Positions 39,191-51,688 of a stretch of 64,000 bases of DNA are shown here, piece by piece. The notes beneath the pieces were generated by a model. It searched no databases and was not told the origin of the DNA. It saw only the letters and a program-made list of their open reading frames with translations. Every line of letters begins with the position of its first letter. Positions within the stretch are counted from its first letter, which is position 1. The translations under genes and the position numbers were made by a program. This stretch comes from Macrostomum hystrix. Taxonomy: Eukaryota; Animalia; Platyhelminthes. The DNA is taken from contig CATNEN010000003.1 of the NCBI GenBank assembly GCA_950097015.1, positions 8,060,001 to 8,124,000 on the forward strand. The letters run 5' to 3'.

Positions 39191-40199
39191 AATTAATCAA
39201 CTAGATCACGCAGCCATGCAGATAAATGACGTCGCTAAGGTCACAAAAAGCTGAGCTGTACTCACTATTATCCGACTCCATATCAGCAAGCTGTACTATC
39301 AATCAGGCTAAGAGCTTTCTGTTGATTCTGCAATTTTTCTCCAGTTAAAATTCGACGGAAAAAAATAGAAACAGCGGGTTGCCGGATTCAGGGATTCAGA
39401 CTTCACTGTGCACAAGCCGTGTGTATGCACTGAATCTCCTAGAAACTCAAACTCCAATCAAATAAATTCCAGTCTCATAGTCCGAGGCAGCCAATAACTG
39501 CACTTTGACAACGCTGGTGCCAACCTGCCATTGGCTGCAACACACCCACTGACCGACTTAAAGCTTTCAGTAAAATATGGCCTCACAAGGAGAGAATGAC
39601 AGCGCCGATAAGACTAACAAGAGTTCCCAGGAAGGAAATAAATGACTGGGGAAAAAAGGTAGTGCATATAGTTTTGATGAAATTACAAAATTGTGGGAAC
39701 TGTAGGAAGTTAAAAAAGCAAGTCAAGAGAAAATGTCGCTGCATACTAAATGTTTGACTTCACACAAAAGCAGAAACAAACACGGTGCGCGAAGAGACTA
39801 TTAAAAAATGCAAACAGCCAGAAACTTTCTAATAGTTAGTTATATTTTAGACTTATATTTTAACTGTTAAATTAATTAGATCCATTGCACACAGAAACAC
39901 AAACACTTATGTGACCTCGAAAAAATGTATCTACTCACAAAATATGGTAAACTGTGACAAACAGGCATGGATGATAAAAATGATTAAAACTACCTTAAGT
40001 TATTTGTGCTCAAAGCGTAAATAACAACAGTTTCATTGTTAGTGTAAAGCCATCATTTGTAGTTACCGTGCGTTTACAATTTATTAAAATATGAGCTAAA
40101 TGAATGGAATAATTAATAAGAGAAATCAAGGTTGCAAAATTAAAGTTAGGACCAAATTTATTATTTATTTTTCTAAGGAGAATAAACTGACATACTCGT

Positions 40200-41052
40200 T
40201 AATTGGTAATCTCACCATAGGGAATTGATAATCTCACCCTGGTGAATTGATAATCTCACCATGGTGAATTGAAAATCTCACCCTAATGAATTGAAAATCT
40301 CACCATAGGGAATTGATAATCTCACCATAGGGAATTGATTATCTCACCATAGGGAATTGATTATCTCACCATAGGGAATTGATTATCTCACCCTGATGAA
40401 CTGATAATCTCACCCTGGTGAATTGATTATCTCACCCTAGGGAATTGATTATCTCACCCTAGGGAATTGATTATCTCACCCTAGGGAATTGATTATCTCA
40501 CCCTCGTAAATTGGAAATCTCACCCTAGTGAATTGGAAATCTCACCTTAGTGAATTGACAATCTCCCCATAGTGAATTGACAATCTCACCGTAGTGAATT
40601 GGAAATCTCACCGTAGTGAATTGATTATCTCACCGTAGTGAATTGACAATCTTACCGTAGTGAATCGACAATCTTACCCTAGTAAATTGGAAATCTCCCC
40701 ATAGTGAATTGACAATCTCACCCTAGGTAATTGGAAATCTCACCCTAGTGAATTGGAAATCTCACCTTAGTGAATTGACAATCTCCCCATAGTGAATTGA
40801 CAATCTCACCCTAGTGAATTGGAAATCTCACCGTAGTGAATTGATTATCTCACCGTAGTGAATTGACAATCTTACCGTAGTGAATCGACAATCTTACCCT
40901 AGTAAATTGGAAATCTCCCCATAGTGAATTGACAATCTCACCCTAATGAATTGGAAATCTCACCCTAATGAATTGGAAATCTCACCCTAATGAATTGGAA
41001 ATCTCACCGTAGTGAATCGACAATCTCCCCATAGTGAATTGATCATCTCACA
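40200..41052. repeat. 22-bp minisatellite (GAATTGA[CT][AT]ATCTCACC..AG.)n
   Basis: Directly visible. Confidence 0.93.
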
Positions 41053-41753
41053 TATATAATGATTATCTTTTTTAGATTAAACAAACAAAAACACAAAGAA
41101 TAAAATTTCTAACACCAAAAACACGATGAAAAAGTTTTATTAGAAGAAACAATCAGTAACGATAACACAAAAATTATTGCTGCTTTTGGAGTAGCGAATT
41201 CACAAATGAATCAGGGAACACCTATTGGCCATAATTCCGCTACATATTAGCAGTTAAAATTTAATTGAATAAAAATTCAGGCCTTCATAAATTGGCACAT
41301 AACAACACAAGCTAAATAATTAACAATTCTCCTAGTATAAGTGTGTGTAATGAAAATCAAGAAATGAATAAATAGACTAGTGAAATGTGATTAAGATAAC
41401 AGACTAGATATATCTATATGTACAGTATATAAATATGCAACTACTTTCAGTAGTAGTAATAAAAAAACGAGTGATTAAAATAAGAGAGAGACACACGCGC
41501 ATGCAGACAGCGTATGTGTAACTAGATACCTTTGCAGAAGCACTGAATATGGCATTTAGCAAGAGAGATGATATACGCCTATACAACTTGAGTATCTAAG
41601 CGTATAATATACTTTGAATTTTACTTGGAAAATTAGTGTGAATAAAATTTTGTCTACAAGAATTGCTTACTGAAAAGATTAAAAATTGATATTTATCAAA
41701 CTATCAGGCAAATTATTATTAATTTTTGTAAAACGATCAATGTTATTATTTTT

Positions 41754-44700
41754 TTAGCTTAATAAAAATTGAAGACCGGTATAAATGACTAGCAGTGTGA
41801 AGCAAGCGTTGCCAGTCGTCTGCGAAGTCACACTGCCGGAGGTGAATGAATCTTCTAAAATAAAAGGTTGGTGATTTTACTGCTTAAAATATGCTGCGAA
41901 TAGCCCGAATTATTAATTAAATTAATATGACTTAATCACACTAATTTAAGAAACCAAATTAACTGAAAATGAACAAATAAATTCTATCCTGAAATGACCA
42001 CATTAAATCAATTTTGAAATGACCAAATCAAATCAAATTCGAAATGACCAAATAAAATCAATTTTGAAATGACCAAATCAAATTTGAAATGACCAAATCA
42101 AATTTGAAATGACCAAATCAAATTTAAAATGACCAAATCAAATAAATATTAAATGACCAAATCAAAGCAAATCAATCATAAAATGACCATATCAAATCAA
42201 CTTTGAGATGACCAAATCAAAGCAAATCTTAAATGACCAAATCAAAGCAAATTTGAAATGACCAAATCAAAGCAAATTTGAAATGACCAAATCAACTTTG
42301 AAATGACCAAATCAAATCAATTTTGAAATGACCAAATCAAATTTGAAATGACCAAATCAAATTTGAAATGACCAAATCAAATTTAAAATGACCAAATCAA
42401 ATAAATATTAAATGACCAAATCAAAGCAAATCAATCATAAAATGACCATATCAAATCAACTTTGAGATGACCAAATCAAAGCAAATCTTAAATGACCAAA
42501 TCAAAGCAAATTTGAAATGACCAAATCAAAGCAAATTTGAAATGACCAAATCAAATCAACTTTGAAATGACCAAATCAAATCAACTTTGAAATGACCAAA
42601 TCAAATCACTCATAAAATGACCAAATCAAATCAACTTGAAATGACCAAATCAAATCAATCATAAAATGACCAAATCAAATCAAATCAATCGTGAAATGAC
42701 CAAATCAAATCAAATCAATCGTGAAATGACCAAATCAAAGGGATCCCAAAAATGAGCAATCAAAAGCCCATTAGCAGTGACTCACCGACATTGAAGGCAA
42801 AGCTTTGCTTAGGCAACGGGAGTCTAACAAAGGTTTCCTCAGACACCAGCACCCGAAAAGTGGCTGGTCTATTGGCGTGCACATAATAAGCGGCCGGCAA
42901 TCGATAGACAAATTCAATTCGCTCTTCAGCAGGACCATTTGCGACGCTAAAAGCATTGCTGATAGATTTCAATTCAGTTCGCCGGCGCCAATCAAAACTA
43001 GCGTCTAATAAGTCGCGAAATCGATTATTGAGACAGGCGCCGAGCTGGTTAGGCGGGTCAATCATTCGAGGCCGGACAGCGTTGGCCAATAGAGCAGCCG
43101 TGTCGTAGGCGCAAGCCACTCTGCCTACAGGATAGAACTGCACTGGACTCTCTATGGTCCAATAGGCTGCGAAGCCAGGCAGAGATAGCCAGAGTCTGGG
43201 TACGGAGCAGGCCACTTCGATTGGTTGGCCGTGTTTAACACGCAGCCTGCCAGCTCTGGTGCAGGTCATGCTGCTATTTGTCACTAGGCCGCGTTCCTTC
43301 CTATCGTCCAACAATCTGGCCGACTGTTTCCATAGAATTTTACCGCTATCCAACGGATGAGCAAACTCAAGGTTTAGACGATCGCCGTGCAGTACTGGAG
43401 CTTCCGATAACACCACCTGTTGAAGTTAATTAGTTTCTTACTATCAAGTCGTGCTATTGGTGGTCCTTAAAAGGGCCGTTTTAGCAAAGAAAACAGGTCT
43501 TTTTTCTTCTTATATGCTACTGTAAGTCAACTGATATGCATGCTCGTTGCTTGTAATATTAAATCGCCCCAATTTAATGTGACCTCGCCGCGGAATCGAG
43601 CTTAGGACCTCAGTGCAAAAATACCTTAGGTGTAAACTGCTCAGCCAATTACCCCCTCTCTAATATATCGTGGCCAACTGTGTAAATGAAATTTAGTGTG
43701 ATAAATCATTGCTCATAGCTGATAACCTAGAAAATAGCCTGATAATGATTGAAATGGATTTGATAACAACTTACATGACTTTGATAGTGGCTTGCATAAT
43801 TTCGTTTCTGATTGTCATAATTTTTATAGTGTTTGATATGATTTTGATAATGATTTTCATGATTTTGATAGTGATTGTCTTGCTTTTGATTGTGATTGAC
43901 GTGATTTTATTGAGATTTTAATGATTTTTTTATTTTCTTAGTTTTTATTGACTTGAAAATCTAGTATTTCCCATCCAAGTCGCTGATGTTGATAATTGTG
44001 TAGTCAACATTAATTTGGGTCTATCAAGAATTCACATTACACACCTGAACAAAGCGTCGAACATTCCACAGACAGAATATCTCCTGCTGGCAGTGAATCA
44101 GTTCAGCATCGGGCGATACCACAGTGTAGGTCTGCACAATGCGACCAGGGAACAAGCTGGCAGTGAATGACAGGTTGGCGTAGGGACTAATTAAACTAAC
44201 AGCCAACTCGACGTACTGAGTCTTGCCGCCATTGTAGATGAGTTCAATTTCTTCCCCTGTCTTTGACAGATTGCTCTGAGAACCAACCAGAACGGTAGCG
44301 TTTAACGAAATATCTGAAATTTAATTGTACAGGTATAGTCTTTTGTTAAAGTAACTATTTTCCTATCTAATTCGTTAAAGTTTGTTAAAGTAAAAGTGAA
44401 AGTAACCTAAAAAATCACGAATTCTCTTGAAGCAAATTATTTGGTGACACCAGACCCGCAGCCAGCGAGGAGGCGAATCGCTGACTCCTGAGCACACACG
44501 CATACAGATACTGTACTCAGGCACACGCTCACACAGGTGCGTAAATCGACCCTGCCTTTCTCATTGTCAGGCAGTGTAGACTTTCACTGTGCCAAGGGCG
44601 TAAATTGCACGAAAAGCTCCGAAGCCTTCTCTCCGCGGCTGCGCCCAAATTTAATGAAGTTTCGTATATTTAAAAACAAAAAAATAGCAAAATAATCAAT

Positions 44701-47700
44701 TACCATTAGCGTAGACAAGTAACGGCTTGAAAACGCTGTAACCGGTATCAAACTGACAGCCGTAATAGCCTGTGTCCTCGGCGACAGCGCCTGTCACAAT
44801 CGAACAAGGATAATTGATATGCAAGAAAGCTAATTGATATTTAAAGCGACTAGGAAAGATAAATTTTTGTCTGTTTTCGACTGTTTTACACCGCAAGGAC
44901 ATACAGTTGAACAGCAGCTGTTAGTTATTAATATTACTAAAACACACACACACATGCCTTCCTCTCACTTCTAACCCTTAAAGAACTCAGCAAATTGACG
45001 CGAAATACTAACACAATATGCTAGTATTTTACACACTCAACACTAGTCTAACCTAATTATAATGCTTGCATTCTTGGACTAAAAGTACTCTCTAAACATA
45101 CTAACTATTAGATTGTTAAATATTTCCCTTTCCATTTCTCTTCTGTAAGTTAGGGCATCAAATATTCTTTATCATTACAAAATGGCACTCGCTATCAATC
45201 AGAGTATCAAGAATGCCATATCATCTCGATATCAATCAGAGTATCAAGAATGCCATATCATCTCGCTATCAATCAGAGTATCAAGAATGCCATATCATCT
45301 CGCTATCAATCAGAGTATCAAGAATGCCATATCATCTCGCTATCAATCAGAGTATCAAGAATGCCATATCATCTCGCTATCAATCAGAGTATCAAGAATG
45401 CCATATCATCTCGCTATCAATCAGAGTATCAAGAATGCCATATCATCTCGTTATCAATCAGAGTATCAAGAATGCCATATCATCTCGCTATCAATCAGAG
45501 TATCAAGAATGCCATATCATCTCGATATCAATCAGAGTATCAAGAATGCCATATCATCTCGATATCAATCAGAGTATCAAGAATGCCATATCATCTCGAT
45601 ATCAATCAGAGTATCAAGAATGCCATATCATCTCGATATCAATCAGAGTATCAAGAATGCCATATCATCTCGCTATCAATCAGAGTATCAAGAATGCCAT
45701 ATCATCTCGCTATCAATCAGAGTATCAAGAATGCCATATCATCTCGCTATCAATCAGAGTATCAAGAATGCCATATCATCTCGCTATCAATCAGAGTATC
45801 AAGAATGCCATATCATCTCGCTATCAATCAGAGTATCAAGAATGCCATATCATCTCGATATCAATCAGAGTATCAAGAATGCCATATCATCTCGATATCA
45901 ATCAGAGTATCAAGAATGCCATATCATCTCGATATCAATCAGAGTATCAAGAATGCCATATCATCTCGCTATCAATCAGAGTATCAAGAATGCCATATCA
46001 TCTCGCTATCAATCAGAGTATCAAGAATGCCATATCATCTCGATATCAATCAGAGTATCAAGAATGCCATATCATCTCGATATCAATCAGAGTATCAAGA
46101 ATGCCATATCATCTCGCTATCAATCAGAGTATCAAGAATGCCATATCATCTCGCTATCAATCAGAGTATCAAGAATGCCATATCATCTCGATATCAATCA
46201 GAACATTAAGAATGTTATATTATTTCAAAAATGGCACTCACTATCAATCAGAGTATCAAGAATGCCATATCATCTCGATATCAATCAGAGTATCAAGAAT
46301 GCAATATCATCTCGATATCGATCAGAACATTAAGAATGTTATATTATTTCAAAAATGGCACTCGCTATCAATAAGAGTATCAAGAATGCCATATCATCTC
46401 GATATCGATCAGAACATTAAGAATGTTATATTATTTCAAAAATGGCACTCGCTATCAATCAGAGTATCAAGAATGCCATATCATCTCGATATCGATCAGA
46501 GTATCAAGAATGCCATATCATCTCGATATCGATCAGAGTATCAAGAATGCCATATCATCTCGATATCGATCAGAACATTAAAAATGTTATATTATTTCAA
46601 AAATGGCACTCGCTATCAATCAGAGTATCAAGAATGCCATATCATCTCGATATCAATCAGAGTATCAAGAATGCCATATCATCTCGATATCGATCAGAGT
46701 ATCAAGAATGCCATATCATCTCGATATCAATCAGAGTATCAAGAATGCCATATCATCTCGATATCAACCAGAGTATCGAGAATGCCATATCATCTCGATA
46801 TCAATCAGAGTATCAAGAATGCCATATCATCTCGATATCAATCAGAGTATCGAGAATGCCATATCATCTCGATATCAATCAGAACATTAAGAATGTTATA
46901 TTATTTCAAAAATGGCACTCGCTATGAAATACGAGATGATCGTAGAGCTTCAAGAGCGCCATATAATTTTTAAATGCATTTTAAGCAATCCAGACTCACT
47001 GATGATCCGAAATGTGACGCTAGTATCATTCCGCTGAATAGTAGAATTGTATCGCTTAGGAAACATGGCCCATGGTTGATTTAACTGCCAGAAGCTGTTG
47101 TCGACAATGAGTTTTGGCTGCGAAGTTGGACTCTGGTTGAAATCAGTCAGATCAGATTCCAATAAGGCAGTAAATGGCATCTGAGAGTGGAATCGAACTA
47201 TTGATGGCACGGTTGTGACGCCAAATGGTGGAGCGCCATCAAAGGCGCAGGTGACTTCAATGCGTGCGCCTTCTTGACAGCTTCTACTAGACAGTGTGAC
47301 AGAAGTTCGGGCTGCTTGAAAAGTGTCTAGACAAATAGAAAAAAATGTAATATGAAACTGTGCTCAAATTTGATTTATCTACTACTAACTACTACTAATA
47401 GTAGATATAATAGTTAACATAGGGTGCTTTTCTGTGTAGGGTCAGGGTTAGGGGACAGAAACAGTGCATAGACAGCGCACAGATGGCACACAGATTATCC
47501 CTCCAAAATGTATTCCGGCGCATGCTGTGCCACCTTCCTGACTATGGCCATAGCTATAGCAGAACACTACTTTAAAGCATATAAACTATAATGAAAGATA
47601 TAACCAAAAGGTCAATGTTTTGAATTTGAAAACATTTACTTGCAATTTAAGTCATGTAGTCAGCCACTGAAATATTTGGTAAAATCTACCACCTTCCTTG

Positions 47701-50016
47701 ACTATGGGCTGTTGACAAGGGGTGTCCAAAAAGTAGTGGGAATTTTCAATGTAGCTCATAGACTTTGTATTCAGATAAAATAATTTCGTTAACTTTTCTT
47801 GAAACTGGATTTATCAATATATGCAATATTTTTTTGCCAATATCTTCTGGGATTAAAAGTTATGAGCCATTTAGCACAGTTGCCCAGGGTACAACTTACA
47901 GAAGATGACATTTTGAAGGCTTTCAATGAAGAAAGTTTGCTTTGTACTATTTCTGCATTAGGTTTACACGATGATGCCTACAGAAATCCTTGAGCATGTT
48001 TATGGGCTCAACATGAGAACTATGCTCATGCAAGCTTCACCAAAGCCAGGCAATCTCAAGCTTTAGATGCAAGCCAGCTCAACCAAGCATTTGTCAACTT
48101 GCGCATTTGAAGCATCTGAAGATTGTGCAAACATGTTGGACATCCACTGATGCTGCTGCTTTTTTTGATTGTCACGGCCCCTTGACAATTGATTTCCTAG
48201 AGCCAAACACAACTGTGAATGTGGAGCACTACATCTTGTCTCAGAAGAAGCTCAAGGCTGACATCCACAATAAACGGCACAGTGGAATCAAGCCCTCAGT
48301 TCTCCACCATGACAATGCCCGACTGCACAGGGCTTCAAAGACAGTAGAAGCAATTCAGGGCATGAAGTTTGAATTCTTGCCTCACCCACCCTACTCCCCT
48401 GACTTGGCGCCAGCAGACTTTTGTCTTTTTCCGAGACAGAAGGAGCTGCCTTGAGGCAAAGTCTACGCAAATCATTACTGCCTTGAAGAAGAGGTTTGGC
48501 GCATCCTTGTTTTTGCAATTCCCAAGGAGCAATAGGCCTATGCTCATGCAATTTATTTGTTGTGCACTTGCTGTGAAAAGTGCATCAGCTGCAAAGGCGA
48601 CTACATGGAGAAGGTCTCTATCCCTGACAAAAAGGACATTTGAGTTGACGTTAAGATGAACTTCAATGGGATTACGACTGATAGTTTGTTGTCATGTTTC
48701 ATCTTAATTACTACTTTTTTAAGTTTCTCTAAGTTGTACCCTGGGGAACTGCACTAAATTGTTCAGAACTTTTAAATGCCAGAAGATAATAGCAAAATGA
48801 AAAAAGTATTACAGAGATACATAAATCTGCTTTCATAAAATGTATAGGAGTTTAATGTGTCTGAATCCAATTATGAGCCATAGTCAGGAAGGTGGCAGTT
48901 TGGTCGGAAAATTCCGGCGCACACAAGCCCTTTTTGGGCACACAACGGCGCACAACGGCGCACAACGGCGCACACCAGAGGACACCGGCGCATGGCGGCG
49001 CGGCGCGGCGGGCGCTGCGCAACATGCAGCGTTACCCTTGTGGCGATCCCATGTAACGATGTAAGTCGTTACTTGTTACAGTACACTATTCACTGTTCTA
49101 TCTAATGTAACACTGCATTCTACCAAAAAATAAAAATAAAATAAAATATTTTCCTTTTCCTTTTTACCTTTGTTTTTGCCATTTGCTTACTTTTTATGTT
49201 TGTTTTGTTTTAAAAATCAGAAATTATATTAAAAATTTTTTAAATTTCTTTTTTCGGTTAAACGATCTCAATTTCTCATAATATAATATAGATAGCCCGT
49301 AACCGTCCCGTATTAACCATTATATTCTCTTGTCTCGTGACTCGACTCTCGTGTAACGTTTATTTATTTCATTCATTATTCATTTATGAGAATAGAATGA
49401 GTTCGCCGTTCGTTCGTAGGGTTTATTGAAAATATTGGCGCACAAAAATTGTTGCTATGTTGTAAAAAAAGGTCTTTTATTGTCGCAAGGCAGCTAGTGG
49501 CGGGCGCACAACGGCGCACACGAGGGTTTTTGTGTCGGCGCACGGCGCACAATTTTGGGAGAGGCCAAAATTTGTTCCGGCGCACACTCTGCCACCTTCC
49601 TGACTATGGATTATGAGCTACATTGAAAATTCCCACTACTTTTTGGACATCTCTCATATATAGAAATAAAAATGTAGAGATTGATGAAAATTCTAAACTC
49701 TGATAAAATTAACAAGGCATTTCTTAAAGTGCAAAAATTCTTTAAATGTTAAAAATGCTAAAAATGTATATCATGCCTACTAGGCCTACTCAGATCGGAT
49801 AAGAATTGGCCAATTGTTTCAAGCATGGAAGCAGATAAAAAAATCTGCTTGCACTGCTCTGGCATGTAAATAATATGACTTCATGCAGCACTTAAATACA
49901 TTAGCTAATTGACAGAGTCCGAGAAGAGAGAACTTACATGCTGGGACAAATAGAAATGACAGTGCCAATAAGAAAAACTTGATTATGGAAGCATTTTTGC
50001 TAATGAATGGAGCCAT
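41754..50016 (-). CDS. Predicted ~497-aa cell-surface protein: signal peptide, N-terminal Ig-like domain, C-terminal GPI-anchor-like signal
   Basis: Six phase-consistent GT-AG exons: 50016-49938, 47326-47000, 44790-44704, 44313-44045, 43416-42786, 41854-41754 (1494 nt total, no internal stop). N-terminus MAPFISKNASIIKFFLLALSFLFVPA. Ig signature IEVTCAF ... VTFRIISAVAEDTGYYGC. C-terminus EDSFTSGSVTSQTTGNACFTLLVIYTGLQFLLS* is a hydrophobic tail with no cytoplasmic domain. Confidence 0.8.
41990..42740. repeat. 20-25-bp minisatellite (GAAATGACCAAATCAAAT..)n in last intron of the Ig-like gene
   Basis: Directly visible. Confidence 0.92.
43457..43481 (-). other. Histone-mRNA 3' stem-loop-like sequence (orphan)
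   Basis: The reverse complement reads AAAC-GGCCCT-TTTA-AGGACC-ACCAA, the canonical layout with one stem mismatch. No histone ORF lies upstream. Confidence 0.45.
43563..43660 (-). mobile_element. tRNA-SINE head fragment
   Basis: The reverse complement has GGGGTAATTGGCTGAGCAG...GGTCCTAAGCTCGATTCCGCGGCGAGGTCACATT..TTGGGGCGA, matching the 28520 copy head. Confidence 0.75.
44430..44660 (-). mobile_element. tRNA-SINE body (5'-truncated) in intron 3 of the Ig-like gene
   Basis: The reverse complement has GGGCGCAGCCGCGGAGAGAAGGCTT, CTGCCTGACAATGAGAAAGGCAGGG, GTGTGCTCAGGAGTCAGCG and CCTCCTCGCTGGCTGCGGGTCTGGTGTCACCAAAT. Confidence 0.82.
45185..46925. repeat. 37-bp minisatellite (TATCAATCAGAGTATCAAGAATGCCATATCATCTCG[C/A])n with a recurring longer variant unit
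   Basis: Directly visible. It lies in intron 2 of the Ig-like gene. Confidence 0.96.
48107..48454 (+). pseudogene. Mariner transposase C-terminal fragment
   Basis: FFDCHGPLTIDFLEPNTTVN, HHDNARLH and YSPDLAPADF motifs; premature stop; N-terminal part missing or decayed. Confidence 0.88.
48878..49609. mobile_element. Non-autonomous DNA transposon with 21-bp TIRs and 8-bp TSD, nested in the mariner TIR
   Basis: Perfect TIR CCATAGTCAGGAAGGTGGCAG / CTGCCACCTTCCTGACTATGG. TSD ATTATGAG at 48870-48877 and 49610-49617. Subterminal GGCGCACA(AC) repeats at both ends and an AT-rich centre. Confidence 0.9.
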
Positions 50017-51688
50017 TGTATATTATAGGTGGAGAGTATATTAGGCAACTGTATACAAATTTATTTTTTCGGAAAATATTAAATTATTACAGAATCTGAA
50101 ACCGCGCTGCCTAGAGACTAAACTTAGGGTGTCAATGAATAAAAGATGCGGCCTTTAAAATCCCATTCCAGGAAACAGTGAAAAAAGCATTTTATAAAAT
50201 TTACAAATAACATATAACATATAACAAATGGATGATGACAATGCTTGCTTCTGCGCGAATTTCGTGAAGTAAAATTAAATTTTTTGGCAGTTTTAAAAAA
50301 GCGAAAGCATATCACTCCAGAATTAGACATAATTTTCCTGCGATTTTACTAAGTAAAATACAACATATACAATTCAATTTATAATTAACGAAGGAAACCC
50401 AACTATGTGAAAAGCAAGGAGAACTGTACTATAACGCTTAAATTTAGGTTCTTGTCTAGAAGACGGTATAACGAATATTTTCTAATGGTCTAGTACTCTA
50501 TTCAATAAAGATATACTTGTTTTCTGTTCAATGTTTTCTGTCCAATAATTAGTTTCCGACGTCTGATGACTTTCTGGGTGACGTCGATGGAAAAATTGTT
50601 TTACGGGTTAACTCTACTGTGAATAATTGATGCTCTGAACTTAGTGTTTTATATACACAAACAATACTATTCAAGATATTTTCATTTAAGAAGCAGAAGC
50701 GTGTAAACGCTTCTGAAGCGTGTACTCTGAAGCGTGTAAACGCGCGTATGACTGCGTGTAAGTGTCATCATAACTTATATTAAAATGATGCTTTAACTCA
50801 GAATTTGGTATTTTAATGATTGCATCTAACGTTTACATTTTTATATTTTTGTACACGCGTCTAGAGTATGTAGTCTTGTGACTTCTTTAAAACATTAAAT
50901 CGTAGTATGAATTATTTTTTTCATAGTAAGGCCAGAGCAATTCTCCGAATCGATTTGAGTCGTATCCTTCAAACCCAGTCTGCAGACTAAGATTGCTATA
51001 CTCTACGTTTCCATACTAAGTCCATAAATACCAACTGAAAAGATTTTTTTTACTATCGACTGTGCCCTCCTCGAATATTCAATATAGAATGCATAGATGC
51101 ATTTCTCAGTGCATATAGCCGAATACGAGCTAGCAGTATTTCCAAATAGTTCACCCACGATCGGCCAGCGACTGAGGCATGCATGGGATTACATAGTTCT
51201 TCTGGGCTCCAATAGAAGCGACTTGGACCAGTCTTTTACGCTCTTTTTTCTTTCTCTCTATATCGTCGATATCATATTTGATAGCTGGCGATTCAAAAGC
51301 CTCGCAGGGCTCACATAGCACAATAGAGACTCAAACGAAGTCCCATTGACTAACTGCAAAAGACAGAAGATCTCGCCTAGAGTTAGCTCAAATTTATTGC
51401 CAATTGAGACTTCTGGAGCGCTTAAAAGATGCTGGTATGAAAATTGGTACGGAAAATCGAGAAGGTCTGCAACAGTCCAGCTGGAGAGTCGACGAGTCGA
51501 GAATGTTTGAAAACCAGCTGGTCGCATTTGTGGTAGCGAAAACCACTCAACCCTCCAACCCTCCAACTGGAGACAACTCTTTTAAAGTGTGCATTAAAAT
51601 AGCCGCAAGCCTTAAGCTAGATCTAAACTAAAAAAAACTAGCGTTTCGTTTAGCTGAACCTTTGCCAGCAAGCTTGACAAGCCAAGAA

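Larger units (their letters stand above)
47716..49656 (+). mobile_element. Degenerate mariner (DD34D) element with long (~190-bp) imperfect TIRs, right TIR interrupted by a nested insertion
   Basis: Left end CAAGGGGTGTCCAAAAAGTAGTGGGAATTTTCAATGTAGCTCATA is mirrored at the right end (...TATGAGCTACATTGAAAATTCCCACTACTTTTTGGACATCTCTCA-TA). A transposase remnant at 48107-48620 has HHDNARLH...PHPPYSPDLAPADF (D34D) followed by a stop. Confidence 0.88.

Noticed and set aside
45182-46973. 37-bp repeat array as a CRISPR array or a 586-aa CDS
   Set aside because: Units are head-to-tail with no unique spacers (the longer inserts are identical to each other), there are no cas genes, and the context is eukaryotic. 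The ORFs arise because the stop-free 37-bp unit cycles through all frames. It sits antisense in an intron.
51352-51510. KR-CWYENWY-GK neuropeptide-like string upstream of the cationic gene
   Set aside because: Single occurrence with no start codon, signal peptide or splice support; likely chance.
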